A stretch of DNA of 64,000 nt from Vitrella brassicaformis CCMP3155. Its lineage: Eukaryota > Protista > Chromerida. This document shows, one piece after another, positions 36,819 to 56,300 of this stretch (position 1 is its first letter; every line of letters begins with the position of its first letter). The DNA lies in contig CDMY01000325.1 in the NCBI GenBank assembly GCA_001179505.1, forward strand, positions 1 through 64,000. Reading direction: 5' to 3'. The notes below the pieces were generated by a model. That model made no database searches, was not told the DNA's origin, and saw only the letters and a program-made list of their open reading frames with translations. The position numbers and the translations under genes were made by a program.

Positions 36819-39247
36819 TCACTTGTTCTTGCCGCCGAGGTAGGTCTTGAGTCTGTTCTCGATGAACGAGTAGACTTCGGGCCTCTTGGCGATCCTCCTC
36901 TCCCACTGGCTGCCCTTGAAGTTCTTGCTGCACTTGCTGATGTTGACCCACATCCAGCTGCAGATGGTCCGCGTGAGGTAGGCTTGGATGGCCAGAGGGA
37001 GGAACTTCACTTTGGGGTCGATCTTCAGGATGCACCGCACCCGGGTGTTCTTGTCGTCCTCGGGGTACAGGAAATACGCAAAGTGCTCCACCACCATACG
37101 AATCGTTCCTACGTCAGGCAGGGAGACACACACGCACCGCACACACAAAACAAAGACAGACCAGCAGTGAGTGGCAACCGGTTCGCGTCTCTTATAGCTG
37201 TATGTGAGTTCTCTCACCCTTTTGCACAGGCGGCACCTTCGAGCCAAGAAACATGGTGCTGCGAGCGAGGAACAAAACGAGAGGAAACAGACCCTCAGGT
37301 GAATGCAAAAGCCTGCCTCTGCCGTGTGATGTGGCACCTGGGCGGCGCGCTTACCTCTCATCTGGCACTGACCAGGCCACCACCATGCAACAGCCGTATG
37401 TGGGGTCGTCGAGTGCGTCCACACCAAAGCCATAGACCACCCCCTCTCTGTGGTTGAGGGGCCACGGCAGCGAGTAGGAGTGCAGCACGATCTCGGAGAA
37501 GCGAGTCGGGTTGCACACAAAGTCGGAACTCCCCAGGAAGGGCACCCACCTGACATGACAAAGAAGTGTGAAGTGTGTCTTTTGTGTCTCATGCGTCCAC
37601 TCACTGACTTTGAGTGCAGGTCGGCCTCGTACACGAGGCAGAGGATGTTGAAGAGGGGCTCGTGCAGCACCCCCTCGATCTTGATCACAGCCGTCCCGTC
37701 GTCGTTCATCCGCCACCAAAAGTCGTACGCCCTGTGCCTCTCGAACGTCCACGAGGGGTCCTTGGACAGATTCCTGTTGATCATCGCAGCCACGCTCTCG
37801 ACCTTCCTGAACTGCAGGTTGAGCTTCCGCAGCCTCATGTCGTCAATGCTCACGCCCACCAGCCTCTGCAGATGGTCGTTGAGGGCCTGCCGACGCACAC
37901 GCGCCGACCGGTGCCCGTCGTCAGCATGCGTCATGACGAGTGAGGGGCGGCTGGAGGACATCTGGATGCTCTCCTCGGTCGGATACCGATTCACCGCCGC
38001 CCTGTCCTCGGTGTGAGTCGGGCGTCGGTAGACGGGCGCCTTGAGGCGGTCGTCTGAATCTCCCATCTGCAGCGGGGCTTCGGCCGGTGCTGCATGTGCC
38101 TGCGATGCGTCCGCGGCTGTGGCATTGGCATGGGCATGGGCAGCGTCGAGGTTGTCATAGCTGAAGCCCGCCAGGAGGCTGGTGCCCGTCTTTCTGTAGT
38201 GGCTGCCCCGTCTCTGCTCAGGGTGAGGCCCCACCCCGGGGAAGGAGAAGCCGTCTCTTTCCTTCTTGAGGATCTTGGCCGTCTTGGACTTGAGCCGCTG
38301 CAGGTGGTAGTAGGCCATGGTCACCTTCTCGTCGTCCACGTATTGGTTGACCTCCGCAACCATCGACTTGAGCTCCACCAACAGAGGATGCGGCTCCCCG
38401 CCCTCTCCACCCTCCCCGCCAGAGTCGATTTCTGGCGCTTGTGGGAGGTGCAAGGGGGAGGCATCAGTGGCAGTGGGGCTGGGGGCTGCTATGTCGATGA
38501 GGCGGCCGGTCTGGGCTGTGCTCGCCATTGTGCTGGCGTTGGGGGTGGGTGTGTGGCAGATGTCCACTTTGACATCGTCGAGCTTCTGCGTCTCAAATGC
38601 GGTGCCCCTCCTCTCCAACTCGGCGTTCTCGATGTCCAGCTCCAGATTGAGATACCGAATGTCCTGAGAGGGACAACAGAACAGAACAGAACAGCACAGC
38701 CACCGTCCTGTCTGTCTGTCGCCGGTTGGTTCCCTTGGTGGTGCTTTCGTTCTGACCCACCTGAATGATATCATCTTCGTTGAGTCTCCTGCAGAGGGCC
38801 GTCACAAGCTCAAGCGCCTCCTCGCTCTCCGTAAAGACCGACCCCTGCTCCTTCCCCTGCTGCTGGTAGGTGACCTTGGCAGGGCCGCACAGCCCCATGC
38901 AGTGCCACCCCATGCGTCGCGCCGGGACGACCATCGACGAGTCCACAAACAGCCCGTCATCGTCGTGCGCCAAATGATCGAAAAACTCCCGCACTTCGCC
39001 CTCAACTGAGTGGTGAATGTCCAGTCAGTCAGGCACACACAGAGAAAGAAGCCTCACAATTGATGACGAAATGTGGTGCTCTTTCATGGTTCTCTCTCAC
39101 GGGTTCTTCTGTCTGACCTGCCTGCAGCTGTTCCCATGCATCTTGGTGGAGGCCGCTGGATTGGTAGGACGTGGCGTCATCAATCTGGCCGTTCCACTTG
39201 TCCACAAGCCTATAAAGCCGAGAAAGACCTCCTTCCAAGTTCGCCAT
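36819..39247 (-). CDS. START/SRPBCC lipid-transfer domain protein with long N-terminal extension
   Basis: VIKIEGVLHEPLFNILCLVYEADLH, SYSLPWPLNHREGVVYGFGVD, TRVRCILKIDPKVKFLPLAIQAYL, and an end WERRI..RPEVYSFIENRL typical of protist START proteins. Upstream exons join in phase from MANLEGGL. Confidence 0.75.
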
Positions 39248-39342
39248 CAGACACCGGCCCCCAGTCTGAGACTGCTCCGTGGCTCGCAAGTCCGAACTCC
39301 TCGTCACGGAGAGGAGGTGATCTCTTCCAAGAGGGTGCAGCG

Positions 39343-40960
39343 ATGAAGGTGGGCTGAAGCCAGATCTTCTTGATCTGCCCTTCCTTCCAAATGCTTGGCG
39401 TCTTGTGTCTGTTGTTCAGGGTCCGCCTCACGCGTACTATGCCGCTCAAGAAGCTGAGGGTCACAAGGATGCCGAGGTGCAACACATGATGCTGGCCGAC
39501 CTGTGCGCGACGCTGCTGCACATCCTTCGAGAGCGGGAGGGCAAGGAGTGAGTCTGAGAGATGTGAGAGATGTCAGTGAGGTCTCCCTGGTCATTGTCTC
39601 TCGTTGTGTTGTGTTGTGTTGTCAGGCTGGGCAGCACCCCAACGACGGCATGCATCTTCATGCGCCGATACCTGCACGCCCAGGCATTCTCGTCAGACGT
39701 ACAAGACCGAGTGGTCAGAAAGGCTTACAATACACACGCACACCAGTCAAGTCAATGCACTCATTCCATCGCAAGCCATCTCCCTCCCACTGACTGTCGC
39801 TGCTTCTCTGCTTTGCGTGCGTGCAGATGTTGGCAGCAGCGTGTGTCAACCTGGCGCTCAAGTCAGAGTTCCGGTCCCACCGTGAGAACGAGCTCACACT
39901 CCTGGCACAGGAGTACCTCAGGGCACACCCACCACCTGACAACACTAGCGACACCGTGCCGCCCGAAGTAGCGGTGACGCGCGAGGAGATCGGCAAGATG
40001 GAGGACCGGCTGTGTGCGGTGCTGCAGTGGCGATTCAAGACATGGCCGCCACAACCCATACTAGAATACCTCCTGCAATTCATCAAGATAGTCCCACAGA
40101 CACAAACAGGTTCGTTCTTGTATTCCACAGGTGATGTGCAGCCGGCCAACCAGGCCCCCCATTGATGCGCTCCTTCTCTCTGGGTGGTTGGGTTGATTCG
40201 CTTCAGATGCTGTGTCGGGTGGTGAAGATGCCACCCCCCACCCACAGATCGACAGTGTTGACCGGTTCGTGTCCACGTGCCGCTTGCTGGCCGACCTATC
40301 TGCGCGGACCTCTCTGGTGGTGGACCTTGACCCCCTCCCTCTCGCACTCGGCATCATCCACACGGCTGCACACCTTCTCGACATCGACCTCGACAAGGCA
40401 GTACTGGATGATACGAGCGGCGACGATGATGGCGATGCACAGAGCAGTAGGGAGGCAGCAGGACCATCAGCTGCCGCCTCTGCGAGTGGCGCATCGAGCG
40501 GTGGTAGACTGACGAAGCCGTTCGCCTGGTGTGAGCGGCTGATGCGACGCATGTGCCCCGATGACGACATCAGACCATCAGCATACAGGTGAGCAGGGCA
40601 AGGCACACGTGGTCTGAGACAAGCCATTCAATCCGATTCGTTCGTTGTCCACTCACTCACGACCTCCACACATTCAGGTGTGACATCGATGTGGGTCGGT
40701 GCTTTGACCGCGTCGCGTGGGAGCTGGGGCAAGCTCACCTCCACCTGGCGAACGAGGCGGCCCCCGAGTGGCCGAAGGACGCGTCGTCTCTGGCGTATGT
40801 GGAGGTGCCCGAGCCGTTCGGCAAGCAGGGGATGCAGCAGAGGATGGCTATCGAGGACATGCAGCGTGACGCACTCGCCCGTATGAAGATGTGTGGGAGG
40901 CGGCCGCAGACGCCCACAGGGGGAGACGGGGAGCAGCAGGAGCTGTTGTGTGGAGACTGA
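39343..40960 (+). CDS. Cyclin-fold protein (transcriptional cyclin H/K/L/T-like)
   Basis: TTACIFMRRYL, MLAAACVNLALKSE, IGKMEDRLCAVLQWRFKTWPPQPILEYL (cyclin box 1); LLADLSARTSLVVDLDPLPLALGIIHTAA (box 2). Confidence 0.75.
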
Positions 40961-41413
40961 CTGATGAGATAGTAAGAGAGGGAGGGAGCCATCGACTCGA
41001 TTGGCTGAGAGACGCAGGCGCATACACGGCGCTGCAATGGATCTAAGTACTCGTCGTGTTGGCGCATGTACAGCGATGGATGGATAGACCAACCCTCTTT
41101 GTGAATACGCCGCCATGCATTGCAAGCAATCAAGTCGTACACACACATTCACGGTTGATTGATTTCACACCGGTCAGCCACAGAGAGAGTCCCTGCACGT
41201 ATCGTATTGCCCTCCCCAACCGATAAAAGAGTGAAAGAGTGAGGCACGCAGAAAGCTCTACATGGGTTCTCACATCACAGGCTATCACACCGTCATCCCT
41301 CTACACATACAAACGCACACGGACGGATGGATGGACGGATGGAGCTGCACATGTCCTGTCCCCCCGTATGACGCCCTCCCGTTGCATCTATCTATCCATG
41401 GCTGTTAAGACAG

Positions 41414-46220
<4,807 letters not shown>

Positions 46221-46756
46221 CGGCTACACCCACACGTACACGACGAGAACAACGCCGACTTTATCTTTTCTCAGCCGACACAAAGCCTCAAGGCAGCGCA
46301 ACGCCCTCCGAGAAGGCCGTGACTCTCAGATACTGGAGTGAGAGGGTGACGTCACACGTCGATCGTGTTGCCGGTTGTCCCGCAGCGTCGTTCGTCCACT
46401 TTTTCTTCAATCAGCCTACGGGCGACTGCACAGGCGACGTATCCATCGAGCAAAAGCCGAAAATGAATTTGCCTGATTCGCTGACGACTCAAATTCGATC
46501 CCTGCTCGATCCAACTGCGAGCTTGGCATCGGGTTTCGCTGTTTCCCAGCCTGAAACGCATTCAGCAGCGCACGCACCCTACGCTCTGAAGTCGGTACGT
46601 GCTGACACTCACTTTGTTCGATGGAGCCGTGGATGATGTGTCTGTTTTGTGACACACGCCGCAGCCAGATCCCACGCAGACAGGTATGCTGGCAGCTTGC
46701 GATGACTGACACAGCTTCGATCTTGTGTTTGTATGTACTTGTGGCAGTGGCGAGAG

Positions 46757-48024
46757 ATGACTCACTACGCGGCAAGGGCGCTACTCACTCCATTCCTCGG
46801 CCTCGCCGTGTTCCTCACGAGGGCCGCATCCATTAGGTTGCAAGCGACACCCGGGCATTCTCTGGTCGCGCGAAACAACACTTTCACAATCATGCAAATC
46901 ACAGGTGGGAGGACGCACCAGCAGTAACACACAGAGACAATCGACGTTCTTGTTTGGGTGTCGGGTAGATTTGCATTACGGCGAGAGTCTTGATGCACGA
47001 GGCTTTGCGCAGGATGCGAAGTCAACTCGCGCGATGCAGCGACTGCTTTCGCTGGAACGGCCTGACTTAGTGGTGTTCTCTGGCGACATCCTGCACGTCT
47101 GGCGGGACAACGCCACTCAGTTCTGGGACCAGGCAATGGCACCCACACTCGAGAGGCGCATCAGGCATGCAGTGGTATTCGGCAATCACGACGACTTGCA
47201 CCGTGATCCCCCGCCTCAAGATGACCTCTCCCGCCGGATGGCCCTGCTCCACTACGATATGTCGCTGCCTGGGTCCCTCACTGGGTCGATGTTTGTCAGC
47301 CGCATGGGCGGTGGAGTCACCAATTATATGCTGGAGGTGTACAGGAGTGACGAGGATGCTGCAAGGGGTCAGCCGGCAGCTCTCTTGTGGTTTCTTGACA
47401 GCGGCGGTGGATCGATTCGGGAGATCATACGGGTGCGTACGGTGGGAGAGAAATGCGCACATGACGTGGAGTGACACAGTGCTTTGTCGATGGATGCAGG
47501 AGGATCAAGTGAGGTGGTTCTCAGCAAAGGCACGACAGCTGAAGGAGAGGTACGGCGTGCTGCCGGCCTTTCTGTACATGCACATTCCGTCTCACGAGTA
47601 CCTCCAATACAATCCCGCTGTACCAGAATCACGATCAAGGTCACAAAACCACTGACAGCCAAAACACACACGCCGACATCCGCGTGTTCCCTGTGCTCTG
47701 TGCAGATGTGTGGGTTGGATGAACGACACAGTGCATCCGACCAAGGAGGACACAGGGGTGTTTGATGCGGCAGTGGCGGCGCACATCCAGTACATATTTG
47801 TCGGTCACATGCACGGCAGCGATTTCTGCTGTCCCGCACCCACACGCAGCAGCAGTGCCTCTGACCCCGTGATGCTGTGCTTCGGGCGCCGGAGTGGCTA
47901 TGGCGGGTACGGGAAGGTGTGGGCGAGAGGAGCGAGGATGCAGCGTATCGATCTGTCAGCCGATCGGCCGACGATGCGCACGTGGATCAGAATGGAGGAT
48001 GGAAGCATTGAGCAGGCAGGCTGA
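46757..48024 (+). CDS. Calcineurin-like metallophosphoesterase (DCR2 / PAP16-29 type), probable signal anchor
   Basis: FTIMQITD|LHYGE, PDLVVFSGD, HAVVFGNHD, NYMLEV, LWFLDSGG, YMHIP, IFVGHMHGSDFC, LCFGRRSGYGGYG..RGAR. 5' end uncertain. Confidence 0.9.
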
Positions 48025-48317
48025 AGAAGAGGAGAGTGAGGGTACACGATTGTTTATTGATGGCCTTCTGTCGTACAAAGCGATTGTGATGCATCGATGG
48101 CTTCCGTATCTACTTTTGAGTAGGGTGTGTTCGTGTATCCAGAGAAGTCTGTCTGTACACAGAGGTAGCAGAAGAAGAAAACTGAGAGGCCTGCCACTCG
48201 GCAGCATAGTGACAAATAGGGACACATAGACAGTACATGCACACAGGGGCGCGAAGCCGCACCAATGCCGCGGACAAATATCGCTACAGAAAGGACCGAA
48301 TAAGCAAAGATACATCC

Positions 48318-51300
48318 TCAAATCTCAATGGGCCTGAGCACACACAGTGGCCAAAGCGCACGTGTGTCTTGCAAGCCGGTTTTTGCAAGAGGCATCTTGC
48401 CTTGGGTTTGGCTTCCTTGTGTGTCTCATGGAAGAGCCCTGCTCCGATGGCATGAAGGGCGCGTGAACACCTGACAGACACCAACAAGACAATGGTGCTC
48501 TCAGACTCAAGCAAACAACGTGTCAGCACATCGGGTAGCCCACCGTAAGCCTTTGGCAGGCCCATCTCCCCTTCAGGGATGTAGGCATTCACACGGGGCT
48601 CCGCAGTCGTCCTGACGACGCACGAAATGGTGAGACATGATGCGGCACACGGGTTTCTCTCCCCTTCTCACTTGGTGACGTTTGCAGTGAGCATCTCCTC
48701 CTCCTGCTTCCGTGACCGGGCTGCCTCTGCTTCAGCGACCTGCACACCGCACAGACCCGCACAGGATGGAGACCATCAGCCCGACGGTTCCGTCCGCCTT
48801 GTTAGACCTTTCTGTCCTCGACGATGATCATTTTGGTGAATTCGATGTCGGCGTGTGGCGTTGGCCGCCTGCCCTCACTCATGTTGAGCCTGGCGCTGTC
48901 CACTCTGCCCTGAATCTCATCCCTCTCCAGCTGAAGCTTCAAAGCCATCGCCTATTGACCCATTAGATACACGGTGGTGTATCTCTCTCTCTGTGGCAAT
49001 GTCGTGTTTTGACCTGGTACATGGAGAGCTCAGACACGATGGCCATCATCTTCTTGGTCAGCTCCTTCAGCCGAGTTTGGAACAGATTGACCTAGTTTAA
49101 AGAGAGACAGCCAGGCATATGGAAACGGTCTTTCTGTCTGTTCGACGACTCGCCGTGTCCGTCACTTCGCTCACCTTGTGTGACAGCTCCAGCGTGTCGC
49201 TGCGGCCATCGACTGCCTGCAGCCTAAGCTTTTCTGAGAAGGCAGATATCTCGTCAAACACCAGCTCCTTCTCCAAGAGCTTCTCCTGATCGCACACGCG
49301 ATGGACACAGCTATGAGCATGGTTGCAGTCTCCACCCCTCGCGGCTTTCTCGCGTCTGCTCACCTTCTTCTCGTTTAGCCGTTCCTCCAGCCACTGAAGT
49401 TTGGCCGTCAGCGTCTCGGTGTCCGCATCGTCACTGACGATACGCACACAAAGATGCAGGGATGCGTTGCCGACGAGACACACGAAGTCTGTTCATTTAT
49501 TTTTCTCACCCCTCCAGCTGCCTCCATTTCCTTTGCTGCGACGTGGGGTCCTCTGAAAATACACAGACAGCACTTTGGACGGCGAGCAATTTTGGACGTT
49601 GCACAGCGTACCGAATTCCAGGCTGAGCTGGTCCGTTTTCCTCTTCTCATCCACAAGCTATCCATCGCACAGCCAGAAAATGGTCAATCTCCGATCGGTC
49701 CATTTACGGCTTTGTTCTCACCTGTTCCCGTAGCTCCGTGGCCTCTTTAGCGAGGAACGGCACCTGCGGGATCTTCTTGAGCTCTGTTTGCAGCTGTCTC
49801 TGGATCTCAGCCATGTCGATCTTCAGGATGCGCAGCTCCTGTGGACAAAGGCGGAAAAGTAGAGAGGGATGTGCGGAGGGTATCAGTATGTGAATGTCCC
49901 ACCTCATCTTTTTGGAGCTGAGCATCGCGGCCCTTCTTGAGAAGACGCTCTGGCCAGAAAATGTTGCGTGTGCATGGCCACTGTTGACAAAAAGTGAGGA
50001 CATCTGTCTACCTTGCATATTGGCCTTCTCCCACAGAATGCAGAGCTCGTCATTCCTGAAACGTGTCATGCAAAGAGTGTCAGACACAACTTTGGGAGCA
50101 ATCAGATCGTGAGACTCTACCTGTCAATGAGCTGGATGCCTGTGAAGTTGCGGCCCTCAACAGCTGCCTGTAGGGATGCCACAGGAGACGTGTGCTTTTG
50201 CACCTTCCGGTCCGGAAAGCTCGTGTTGGTTGACCTCATAGTTTCTTTTGAGCTGTATCATTCCCTTCTCGATGGCGTTGATGATGGAGTTCAGCTTGTC
50301 GATCTCGACCACGTACTGCTCAACCTCCTCTGACCACACACACACATTGCACAATGGACACAAGAATGGATGCAGGGGTTGTCGCTCGGTCGTACCGTTG
50401 AGTGCGGCCGCCTTGCCGGATACCCTTGAGTATTCGGCTCGAAGACGGTCGCGCTCTTCGCGCTGCTTTTGCGTCTCCATCCTCGTTTTCTGGGACACGC
50501 AAAATGGGCGAAAAGTAAGCAGATAGGAAACATACGTACTCGATCCTACCGAGAGTGCTCTGTCCTTGCCCTGCGACTCCATCTTAAGGATTTCCACTTC
50601 GTTCTGGAGGATTTTATGTCGCTCCTTCATCTCGGCGATTTGCTGCTCGGCAGCCTGTATGTGGGTCACGTACTTGTTGCGCTCGTTCTTGACCACCTCA
50701 TACAGCGTGCAGTAGTCCTTCTGCCGCTGAGAGGTCTCTGACAGCTTCTTTCTGAGATCGTTCTCCTCCAGCATCTGCGCAGAGAGGGAGAGGTGCGCAG
50801 GGATACATGCATACAGCAAAGACTCTCTTACTTTCATCTGCACATCTGCCCATGTCTCCCGTGCCAGGCGGATGGCGACGGAGCTCTCGCGGGCCTATAG
50901 GCGACAGCCAACCATTCATGAGACAGGAGTCTGGTGAGCGAATGGCCACTGCTCACCATTTTTTCCCTTTGTTGTGTGAGGAACTGAAAGTGTTCCGTCC
51001 ACTGCGCCTCTTGCTTCTTCATGTCCTGTAGGTCCTGCTGACCCTCAGAGATCCTCTTGACCTGAGCAGCGGATGACATCACATCAATTGATTTAGCGCG
51101 AGAACCGATCGAAACAGTGTTCTGGTGCTTACAATGAAGTCTAGCTCTTCCTTCTTCTCCTTCTCAATCGACTCCTGTTCACATACAACAGCAAGGAAAG
51201 CAGTTACGTAAGACACAAAAGTATGCTCGTGTCTCTCCTGCACTTGTTTAAGAAATGCGCCGATGAAGAGCTCGACCTCGGCCTGGATCTCTGTCAGCTG

Positions 51301-53479
51301 AGAGGAAACAAATGCATGGTGCCTGCAGTTTTGATGGTTGTTAGACAAGCGCACCAGTGTCTTCTGTCTGGCAATATCCTGCTCCAGCTGCTTGCCCTCA
51401 CGTTCATCATCAGACTGCACCAGAACATCGGCACTTGTCTCACCGACAAAGAACATGGGCATGCCATCCGTATGAGTCACCTTGTTGGTCTCTATGTTGA
51501 CGATGCCGTCTTTGATCGAGTGAACGATGTTCTCACGCTTTTTCAAATCCCTGGGTTCGCACAGAAGCCAGGTGAGGTTGGTGTGTGGATGTTTGTGTGC
51601 ACTTTCGGTCCTTGCACCTTCTTGCCCTGTCGACGCTCTTGGTCTTCTGCATTGTCTCATCCGCCAAGACGCGGATCTGGTAAAGGAATGGCGAGATTGA
51701 GACAATGTTGCAGCCTGCTTCCATCGCCGTGTCTCACCTCAAGATTGGTCTCCTTTAGTGATAACTCCAACTCTGTCCGCCTCTCGAGCGCAGAAACCGT
51801 CTCGTACTGGTAGTGTCACGCATACATTCATATCGTACACCCAGGAATGTACTGATAAACTTCTAGGGGATGTTTAGCTCACCTTTGCCCCTTCGAGTTT
51901 GGCGAGGACCTCCCTCATGTTCTGTTCCTTCCTGAAGAGAGGATCGCCATCGCGTGTGTATCCCATGCATACGCCCGTTGCTTGCAGCTGTATACCTGAG
52001 CACTTCGTCTCTGTCCCACTGCACCTGCAGGTCCTTGTCCTGCACGGACTCATCGATCGCCTGAAAAGACGAGAGGCATCCGTAGAAAAGGCGTGCCAAA
52101 TTTGTTGCTCTTGTCGTCGTACTTTCCTCTTTTCCTCCAGTGTGGCGAGGGTCGCGTTGGCTGTCTCGATGTCCTGACGGACGGACGCACGCAGACACCA
52201 GCGAGCATATGAAGTGCGACATACGCTCCGGTCTGACGTATGTCGCTACATGTGTGACAGTCTCCAGCTGATGCGTGAGGGATTTCAAGGCACTGCCAAA
52301 CTTGTTGCCCTGCTTCCTGCACGCACAGGAGCGTGAGCACCGGACGTTGGCGTCAGAATCGCGACTACATCTTACCGTATCCTTTCAGGGTCGGCCGCAA
52401 TCTTGCGGTATTCTGTCTCCAAGGCATCCTTCTCAAAGTGGTCGGCCTTATCGACAGCAAAACAAAGAGGTCATTGAGAGTACGCTTCGTTGTGCTCTCC
52501 ACAGTTGTCTCACGTCGAGTTGTTGCTCCAGGTGGCTGACTTGCTCGGAGAGATGCTCCTCCTGTTCTTGGTGTCTCTCTGTGGACAAGCGGCGAAAACA
52601 ATATCGGCCTCTTCCCACATAGGCACGTCGTACCTTTCTGCTGTTTCTGCATGGCGATCTCTTTCTTCGCAACCCGGGATAAAATGGATTCTATTGCATT
52701 GATGGAAGAATTCCTCTTGAGCAAATGTCTTACCTCTAGCAAGTCGATTTCGGCTTTGAGCTTCTCGATGACAGGCAGCTGCGCCGCCTCCTCTTGACGC
52801 TGCTTCTCGTCGATTTGCTGCACCAGCAGAAAACACATCATGTGTGGGCAGTGGGTCAATCGCGATTGTGGCTTTCTTTATGAGCACCTCTTGCAGCTCC
52901 GCTTTTTCGTTCTCACACTCGGCTATCTGGGCCTGCAGCATTGCCTCCCACTCCTGCATCTGGTCAACCTCGCCCTGCTTCTGCAAATCAAGGACCGTCA
53001 CACAGATACAAGAATCATCGCAACGGCACGACAGCGACCGACCCGCCCCAGTCCCACCCACCTTTCTGAGTTGCTCCCGCAGCTGCGTGATGGTCCCGGC
53101 GTTCTCGGCCTGCTCCATGGTGGTCTTTTCGATGCGGATCTTCTCCGCCATGAGTTGTTGGTGCAGCTCCTTTGTCCGCCTGAGGAAGCTCTTCTCGTTC
53201 TCGAGTGTCTGCACCACATGCTGGTGCAGCTTGGCGTACTTCTGTTTGTACAAGTCGGCACTGCAGTGCAAACACGACCACAAACAGGGCGAGCACACAC
53301 ACACATCATACACTCACAGTTCCCCAGCATTGTGCTTGACTGTGTGACCTCTTTCTCTCTCACTCTCTCTTGGTTGCTTACTGCGCCTTGCTGATTTTTC
53401 CATCCTTGTAGAGTTTGTCGAGATAGTCAAAGGCGAGGCTGCTGGACACATCCCCGATTTGTGCAGCGGCCTCTGACAT
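48318..53479 (-). CDS. CCDC146: Axonemal coiled-coil protein CCDC146/MBO2-like
   Basis: Long coiled coil with LYEVVKNERNKYV...EMKERHKILQNEVEIL, GIQLIDR|NDELCILWEK and C-terminus TAEPRVNAYIP..LPKAYG|..APFMPSE.G..MRHTRKPNP|RPIEI*. 5' end may extend upstream. Confidence 0.82.
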
Positions 53480-53720
53480 GCTGAGGATGCGACTCTGCAA
53501 TGGGGGCTGCTGAGGGCCTGGCTTTCTTCCCTCGGGAAGAATGATGTTGAGCTTGCCTGCACTTCAAATCCTGTAAGGAGGACGGTGATTTTGTTTGTTT
53601 CAGTGAAACGTATCGACAATTCAAACGTTTCACGTGTTCAATGTTTCACGTGTTACCTACCCATAAGTGCCGGCGCAGCGGCTGCGCCGCCCAGAGGACG
53701 TACTTGGCGCATCTGTTCCG

Positions 53721-55589
53721 ATGCAGTCATCTGCCAAACCAGTTTGTCTGGCGCTCCTACTGGCGACCTCTTTGGTACAGGTGGCGCTCCTGTCATGCTC
53801 AACCCTCCTCCTGCTTGACTGGTTGAGAAGAAGGGCCTGGAGCAAGTTCACACTCGCAGACAAGTGCACACAGGTGCAAGGGAGGTGACGCAGCCAGCAG
53901 AAGCAGGGGACGGCTCCGTACACACTTCGTTCTGCTTGTGTGCGTGTGTTGTGCAGGTCAGCGTGTGGCGAGGTGCAGGCGATACTGACTCAGCAGACCT
54001 GCCCAGTGATTGGTAAGTGAGCCCTGCATCGCTACAAACAAAGAAGTCTCGATCGCCCATGTTTGCCTCTTTCTGTATGCAGCACGAGTGGGAACCGTTC
54101 TGTTCACGCTGGCCCTTCGGCAAAGGTCGCCATCGTCACGGCTGCATTCGGGACCAAGCCACGTTATCTGGATGTGGTCTTCGAGAACCAACAAATGTAT
54201 GTATACGCTACATTGATTGACTTTCTCTCTACTGGAAACCAATTCGTTGTCCGTGCGCAGGTATGCTGAGCTTCACGGCTACAGAAGCATCACAGTTGTC
54301 AACGAAAATGTCACAGCGAAGTGAGTGAGAGCGACAAGCACCATTGGATGCGGGTTACGTAGGATTTTGTGCTTGCTTGTCAGGAATAGAGGTCAGTCAC
54401 TTTGCGCTGGCGCTCAATCCTGAAGGAAGCATTCTCTCTTGTCCCATTTCAGGCCGCTACAAGGCGAAGCTGCAGCTCGTGCGGCAGCTGCTGCTTGAGT
54501 CTCAGCACGAGTACGTCATGTGGAAGGACAGCGACACGCTCTTCATCGACTGTTCAAGGACGCTTGAGGCGGTGCTTCATGAGCATTATTCCAAGGACGT
54601 CATATTCACGAAGGATGTGACGGAATGGTTGGTCAACACTGGGGTAATGATCTTCAAGAATACACTGTTCTCGAGGACGTTTCTGGAGACCGTCTTGAAG
54701 GTGATCAGACAGACGGACAGACAGACAGACCGAAACAATTGCACAAGCCACATGCTTCTATTCGGCGTTCCTGAGGATGTGCAGACAATGGAGCGAATGC
54801 CAGCACCGAAAGGTCCGGGAATGCTGCCGGTACAAACAGAGCTTCTGTGGTCATCGCGTCGAATGCTGCCGGTTTCTGCGTGCGTCCTTTCATTGCAGGG
54901 TGAGCAGGTGTATGTCAATTTTGCCCTGCTTGATCGCTACTCACGCGAAGCGTGCAGAGGAGACATGACGCCATGCCTCGGAGAATGCCACGGTAGCAAG
55001 TGGACAGAGCACGGCGCACGAATTCACATGTATGCTGGCCCTTTGTATCTGTGTGTCAGGTGATGATTGTCTTTCCCTCGTGGATCCACATGTCGCCCGA
55101 CACATCAGTATCCTACCAAACCATGCTCTGCAGACACAAAGGCCCTACAGGGTCGGCAAACACCACAGCCAGCACGTATGTGTCATGTTGGTGTCTCTTT
55201 TCTCTGTGCAGGCAATCCCCCCACCCCAAGCGATCCCCTTTCAGTGCCCCTGCTTGGCCTCGGACCACACAGGCGAGACAGCTACGGTGACAAGGAATGC
55301 GACTGAGATTGCTGATCTGGGAAAAGGACGGCTCGTTGCGCGAATCGCAGCGCCGCTGAGCACGACGGTTACAAGACCTATGGGCATCAATGCTACGAAG
55401 TGGACTCCCCAACCCGAGGAGGCTTACATTGAAGAGACGCCTGCCTTCATCATGCATGTGGCGGGCGCTGCGAGCAATGCGAGCAGGAGGCGGGTTCAGC
55501 TGAGGGGTCAGATAATTTTCTCTCACGCCACATTCAGTAGCTGTTTTGCAATGAAGCGGTGCAATCAAATCTGCATTGCCGCCTCGTGA
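53721..55589 (+). CDS. GT34 (GMA12/MNN10-type) glycosyltransferase, type II membrane
   Basis: N-terminal TM VCLALLLATSLVQVALLSCSTLLLL; KVAIVTA..YLDVVFENQQM|YAELHGY; YKAKL; YVMWKDSDTLF (DxD); VNTGVMIFKN; GEQ; FIMHVAG. Confidence 0.85.
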
Positions 55590-56300
55590 GAAAGGTGTTG
55601 GTGTTTTTCCATTGGTCCGTCGGTCTTTTATTGCTGTATTGGTGATAAGCTGCCAGAGGCAATAATTCAGTACGATGTAGTCGTTGTATAGCTGCGGTAG
55701 GTAGAATTTTGTAGTGTATGCATTCAGATTTAGGCTTGCGAAGCGCTGCAGAGACACAGCTTACGTTTTGTCCGGTAGACACTCTGCATCAACGCACATG
55801 GCGCTCAGTGTTTGCACCACACATCAAGACATCCTGAATGTAATATCATATTCATCCGTGTATCAACTGGCCACATATGTCAGTCTACGCTTTGTGCACG
55901 CGGCATCCTCAAAGCCCTCACTTTGTTGAGCGAGCTCAGCCACACTCTAAGTGGACATGGCCTAGAAAAGAGAGAGGGAAACATGAGCATGACACGAAGA
56001 CATGAGCAGCGGCAACCCCTGTGCAAGCACCCAACAGCAGCCAGTGATAAAAGCATATCTGTGTCACATACATCTATCAGCGCACAAAATTCGCCGCACT
56101 GGTTTAGACAAATCACAAAATTCGCCACTCTTGTTCGCACATATGTACATATGTGCTTGATGTGAGGGCCAACAGCGGCCTGTTCTGCAGTAAACGGTCA
56201 GCAGTATCAACCAATTTGATTAGCTTCTGACAGAGACATGGGGTGGAACATGGTGGCCAGCCAATTATCAATTATTGTCACATATATCTAAGCGCATGTG

